This document shows, one piece after another, positions 59,798 through 64,000 of a stretch of DNA of 64,000 nucleotides. The notes beneath the pieces were generated by a model that searched no databases, was not told where the DNA came from, and saw only the letters and a program-made list of their open reading frames with translations. The stretch's first letter is position 1, and every line of letters starts with the position of its first letter. A program made the position numbers and the translations under genes. The DNA is from Patescibacteria group bacterium (GTDB lineage: Bacteria; Patescibacteriota; UBA1384; XYA2-FULL-43-10; 1-14-0-10-43-13), in contig JBAYVE010000005.1 of the NCBI GenBank assembly GCA_041674765.1, forward strand, positions 1,645-65,644, written 5' to 3'.

Positions 59798-60673
59798 ATG
59801 GAAAATTTATTTGACGGTAGAAAAATCAGAGATGAGATTTTGGGCGAATTATCTAAAGAGATCAAACTAAGAGACAGAGCTCCTCACTTGGCTGTTTTTT
59901 TGATTGGCGAAAATCCGGTTTGCGAAAGCTATGTAGAGCTGAAGAAGAAACAGGCCGAGAAAATTGGCGTTACATTCAGTTTGTACCGATTTGATGACGA
60001 TGACAGTGAAGAAGGAATATTTGAGTGTATTGATTTCTTAAATAAGGATGAAGAAGTCGATGGCATTATGATTCAAATCCCCATATCAGAGAAATTTGAC
60101 CGCAACAAATTGATTGGAAAAATATCTCCAGCAAAGGATATCGATGGCCTTAGATATTGTCTTGGACTCGATTCCAATTTCAAGCCGCCGGTCGTTTTGG
60201 CAATTATGAAAGCACTCGAATTAAGTTCCACATTCCAAGAAACAGCAACAACCAATCAAACTCCAAACTTCAAAATAGAAAAATTGCAAAATAAAAAAAT
60301 TGTCCTCGTTGGTCATGGTTTTCTGGTAGGAGCGCCGTTAGCTAGGGCGCTGGAAGAGATTGGTGTTGAGCCAATTGTCGTTCTGAACGAAGTGAACAAT
60401 CTCAAAGAGAATGAGAGATCCTTCGCTGATGCTCAGGATGACATTGGAGGTGCTGATATAATTGTCTCTGCCACCGGCCAGCCCAATATTATCAAGGAAG
60501 AGATGGTCAAAGAGGGAGTTGTGTTAGTGGACGCCGGAACAGCGGAATTTAACGGCCAGCTTGTTGGTGATATCGAACCCGAAGCTTACAAGAAATCATC
60601 ATATTATACGCCAGTTCCAGGCGGTATTGGTCCGGTCACGGTGGCAATGTTGTTTAAAAATTTAATAAAGTAG
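59798..60673 (+). CDS. folD: methylenetetrahydrofolate dehydrogenase/cyclohydrolase
   Basis: Y...K, DGIMIQ.P, KDIDG, VG.PL, TPVPGGIGP.TVAML. Confidence 0.93.
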   Translation: MENLFDGRKIRDEILGELSKEIKLRDRAPHLAVFLIGENPVCESYVELKKKQAEKIGVTFSLYRFDDDDSEEGIFECIDFLNKDEEVDGIMIQIPISEKFDRNKLIGKISPAKDIDGLRYCLGLDSNFKPPVVLAIMKALELSSTFQETATTNQTPNFKIEKLQNKKIVLVGHGFLVGAPLARALEEIGVEPIVVLNEVNNLKENERSFADAQDDIGGADIIVSATGQPNIIKEEMVKEGVVLVDAGTAEFNGQLVGDIEPEAYKKSSYYTPVPGGIGPVTVAMLFKNLIK

Positions 60674-60831
60674 GACTTGTCTTCTCGACTCCAAGAACAC
60701 CGCTCGAAGAATAAAGTGGTTATACACCGCTTGAAGAACAGAGAGCGCAAACAAAAAAAGGCTTATGGGATAAGACAAGCAATCCTCATGGAATATATTG
60801 AATGATTATTGTTCGACCTTGTGGAGAACAA

Positions 60832-61101
60832 ATGGCCAATTGGCATTGGTATGTATATATTATCGAATGTCTTGATAAGACCTATTATACTGGGATGACT
60901 TGGAATGTAGCTAATCGGCTGGATCAGCATGTTTCTGGATTAGGTTCGAAATATACAGGGAAACACGGAGTTTCTAAGCTTGCTTATTATGAGGAATTTA
61001 ATGATTTGGAAATGGCTCGTAATAGGGAGAAGCAGTTAAAAGGCTGGAGTCAGGAAAAGAAAAGGAAGCTGATCTCCGGTGAATGGGGAAAAGAATGGTG
61101 A
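60832..61101 (+). CDS. small GIY-YIG nuclease (YhbQ/YazA-like)
   Basis: WYVYIIEC.D..YYTG.T..RL.QH..G.GSKYT, REKQLKGWS..KK. Confidence 0.93.
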   Translation: MANWHWYVYIIECLDKTYYTGMTWNVANRLDQHVSGLGSKYTGKHGVSKLAYYEEFNDLEMARNREKQLKGWSQEKKRKLISGEWGKEW

Positions 61102-61125
61102 TTGTGTAAAGGATAAGGTCATATT

Positions 61126-61211
61126 TATTCTTCGACTCCTCGGTCTTCGAGGTTGGAGAAGTACAAATACTGTTAGTTCTCCACCCGCAAGCACACGGAG
61201 TCGAACAATAA
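61126..61211 (+). repeat. 86-bp TTATT..AATAA element, copy upstream of mnmA
   Basis: differs from 62444-62529 at 3 positions; shorter relative at 53903-53974. Confidence 0.93.
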
Positions 61212-61262
61212 AGACGAGACAAGAACACGAGTCGAAGAATAAAGAAACAACGCATCTTAATT

Positions 61263-62438
61263 ATGAAATCCAAAAATTCTACAATTAAAGTCGCGGTTGG
61301 TATGTCGGGTGGAGTGGACTCGTCTGTGTCGGCGATGCTTTTGAAAGAGGCTGGTTATGATGTAATCGGCGTATTTTTGAAATTCTGGTTTGACTCGACT
61401 TGCAATGGATCTCGGGAAAATGCCTGCTGCAATGATCAGGCGCTGATAGACGCACGGGCAGTCGCTGATAAAATCGGTATACCGCTCTATACTGTCGACG
61501 CCCGAGAGCCGTTCAAGAAAGAAGTGACCGACTATTTTGTTGATGAATACAAAAATTTGAGGACGCCAAATCCGTGTGTCGTTTGCAATAAGAAAATTAA
61601 ATTTGGCTGGTTTCTCGATTTTGCGGAGAAATTGGGCTGTGATTTTGTAGCCACGGGACACTACGCTCGAATTGCAAGGGGCAATTCGAGCAGTATTAAG
61701 GGATCAGTATTAAGTATTAAGCATAATACAGAATACAAAATACATAATACGGATACGCCCTTGTGGCTTTTGAAAGGCGTAGCTCCCGCCAAGGATCAAT
61801 CCTATTTTCTCTACCAGCTTGATCAACGTCAGCTTTCAAAAATACTTTTTCCTGTCGGCGAAATGACAAAGGTGGAGGTGCGAGCGCTAGCAAAGAAATA
61901 CGATTTACCGGTATTTGAAAAAGTAGAAAGCCAGGAAGTTTGTTTTATCCAAGATGAAGATTACCGCGGTTTTCTGCACCGTCATCTCGGCGAGAAGGCA
62001 TTTAAACCTGGAAACATCGTCGGCAAAGAGGGCAATATTATCGGTAAGCACGAAGGATTGATTAATTATACGATCGGACAGAGGCGAGGAATTGACCAGA
62101 GCCGAAAGCAAAAAGCCGAAAGCAAAAAGCCACTTTATGTCACCGGCTTTGACGTTGAGAAGAATGAACTTATCGTTGGGAATAATAAAGAGCTATTTAG
62201 AGATGAATTTACGATTGAAAAGGCATGTTTTAGTACTAAGTTCGAAGTTCTAAGTACTGAGAAAATGACAGTTAAAATCCGCTATCAGGCTGAGGCTGTC
62301 TCGTGTATTATTGAACCCATAATACATAATACAAAATACCTAATACGACTAAGCTCGCCCCAGCGTGCCATTACTCCCGGCCAGAGTGCGGTCTTTTATG
62401 ACAGTGATCGTGTTGTTGGCGGAGGAATCATTAGTTAG
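61263..62438 (+). CDS. mnmA: tRNA 2-thiouridylase with repeat insertions
   Basis: MSGGVDSS, TPNPCVVCN, ATGHYA, KDQSYFL, TIGQRRG, PGQSAVFY. Confidence 0.97.
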   Translation: MKSKNSTIKVAVGMSGGVDSSVSAMLLKEAGYDVIGVFLKFWFDSTCNGSRENACCNDQALIDARAVADKIGIPLYTVDAREPFKKEVTDYFVDEYKNLRTPNPCVVCNKKIKFGWFLDFAEKLGCDFVATGHYARIARGNSSSIKGSVLSIKHNTEYKIHNTDTPLWLLKGVAPAKDQSYFLYQLDQRQLSKILFPVGEMTKVEVRALAKKYDLPVFEKVESQEVCFIQDEDYRGFLHRHLGEKAFKPGNIVGKEGNIIGKHEGLINYTIGQRRGIDQSRKQKAESKKPLYVTGFDVEKNELIVGNNKELFRDEFTIEKACFSTKFEVLSTEKMTVKIRYQAEAVSCIIEPIIHNTKYLIRLSSPQRAITPGQSAVFYDSDRVVGGGIIS

Positions 62439-62443
62439 AAGCC

Positions 62444-62529
62444 TATTCTTCGACTCCTCGGTCTCCGAGGTTGGAGAAGTGCAAATACTGTTAGTCCTCC
62501 ACCCGCAAGCACACGGAGTCGAACAATAA
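62444..62529 (+). repeat. 86-bp TTATT..AATAA element, copy downstream of mnmA
   Basis: direct repeat of 61126-61211. Confidence 0.93.
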
Positions 62530-62582
62530 TTGGCAAAAACTCATGATTTATCATTTTGGTCTTAAACATTATACTAGAGCTA

Positions 62583-64000
62583 ATGAATCGAAATTTACTC
62601 GACAAATCTATTGCTGATTTTAGCGGCGTGGGTGAAAAAACGGCGGCGAAATTAGCGAAGCTTGGCCTTTTGACGGTTCGTGACCTTATTTTTTATTTCC
62701 CACGCAGATACGAGGACTACATGCACATCACGCCAATAGGAAAATTGGCGGATGTAATTTCTAATTCCAAATTTCTAAATTCCAATCAATTTTCAAATTC
62801 TAATTCTCAATTGACAAAAGGAGACGCTTTTACCATAAAAGGGGATTTGCTAGGCATAGCTAACAAAAAGACACGCAGACGCGGTTTTACGGTCACTGAG
62901 GGGGTAGTTACCGATGAGTCTGGCTCGATAAAGATAGTCTGGTTCAATCAGCCGTTTTTAGCGAAAATGCTGCAGCCTGGTAGCGAGCTAATTCTTTCCG
63001 GCAAGGTCAGTTTTGACTCATTTCAGCAAACTTATGTGATGGAATCGCCGACAAGATCAAACAGGCCCAGGATTATTCCTGTTTATGGCGAGACAGCCGG
63101 ACTGTCCAGTTTTTTTATCTCCAAATTATTTGCAAAGGCCAAAACAGCTGTTGCGGAGGTGGAAGAATGGTTGCCAGGAGAATTTACGTGTCATCCTGAA
63201 CTCGTTTCAGGATCCCAAAAAAAGGAATTGGATCCCCGGGTCACCGTTCGACCCCGAGCGGCTCAAGGTCGAGGGGAGCCCGAGGATGACACTATTTTAC
63301 TCAAAAGTTGTGTTGACAATAAGACTGATGGACCATCCGACTATCCGACCATCGGACTGAGTCTAATGCCTCTTCGGGAAGCCATTCTTGCGCTTCACGA
63401 GCCGAAAAGCACAGAGCAATTGGAGACGGCACGCCGACGTCTGGCCTTTGATGAACTATTTATGATCTCGCTTCGGGCCAATGTGGCGAAAGTTGAAAGC
63501 TCAAAGCTGAAAGCGAAAAGCATAAAGATTGATATTGAAGAAGTTAAAGATCTTATATCTAAATTACCGTTTGAGTTGACAGTTGATCAGAAGAAGGCAC
63601 TCTGGCAGATACTGAAAGATTTAGAGAAGGATGCGCCGATGAGCCGCCTTCTGAATGGTGATGTCGGGAGCGGAAAGACAGTTGTTGCGGCTATTGCGGC
63701 GTTCATCGCCAAGGCGGCCGGGCAAAAAACACTGCTGATGGTGCCGACTTCGATCTTGGCTAGTCAGCACTATGAGACATTCTGCAAACTATTTGAGAAT
63801 CATGAAGATATTACGATTGGTTTGAAAACGTCTGATCGAGCCTGTCATTCCGGACTTGATCCGGAATCCAGTAATAAGGAATTGGATCCTGAATGGACGA
63901 CTGCGTCGGTTCAGGATGACATTATAAGAATCAAAAATCCAAAAAAGCATAATACCAAATACCAAATACCTAATACGGACATAATCATCGGCACTCAAGC
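62583..64000 (+). CDS. recG: RecG helicase, 5' part (runs off window), with several repeat insertions
   Basis: Manual translation is open to the window end: FPRRYED, WFNQPF, RRLAFDELF, LPFELT.DQ, RLLNGDVGSGKT, PTSILASQH, DIIIGTQ. Confidence 0.96.
   Translation, partial: MNRNLLDKSIADFSGVGEKTAAKLAKLGLLTVRDLIFYFPRRYEDYMHITPIGKLADVISNSKFLNSNQFSNSNSQLTKGDAFTIKGDLLGIANKKTRRRGFTVTEGVVTDESGSIKIVWFNQPFLAKMLQPGSELILSGKVSFDSFQQTYVMESPTRSNRPRIIPVYGETAGLSSFFISKLFAKAKTAVAEVEEWLPGEFTCHPELVSGSQKKELDPRVTVRPRAAQGRGEPEDDTILLKSCVDNKTDGPSDYPTIGLSLMPLREAILALHEPKSTEQLETARRRLAFDELFMISLRANVAKVESSKLKAKSIKIDIEEVKDLISKLPFELTVDQKKALWQILKDLEKDAPMSRLLNGDVGSGKTVVAAIAAFIAKAAGQKTLLMVPTSILASQHYETFCKLFENHEDITIGLKTSDRACHSGLDPESSNKELDPEWTTASVQDDIIRIKNPKKHNTKYQIPNTDIIIGTQ

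Noticed and set aside
1-64000. Stop-codon reassignment
   Set aside because: Conserved genes read full length in code 11 and several end in TGA

Overview
Bacterial chromosome segment, genetic code 11, AT-rich backbone. Gene content and style suggest a small-genome Patescibacteria/CPR organism (inference, not proven). The housekeeping backbone has yraN, gltX, dnaX, dnaB, pcrA/uvrD with an intein, rsmA, rsmI, metG, tatD, iscS-iscU-folD-mnmA and the 5' part of recG, plus tRNA-Gln(CTG), tRNA-Glu(CTC), type IV pilus genes and toxin-antitoxin genes. The main signal is several families of very short repeats: GTCAT..ATGAC paired hairpins, TTATT..AATAA paired hairpins, CCCC..GGGGAG hairpins and inverted 7-8-mer tandem arrays. 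They occur in three states: flanking small GIY-YIG or four-helix-bundle genes, as empty intergenic copies, and as more than 20 stop-free in-frame insertions inside conserved genes. Other highlights are a GIY-YIG gene between duplicated 5' ends of tRNA-Gln, an intein with a GIY-YIG-like core, HU-PilB and HypC-HydE fusions, and a ~9 kb array of GC-rich genes with recurring structured leaders behind a promoter divergent from a TrmB-family gene. All calls come from reading the sequence by eye; no searches were run.
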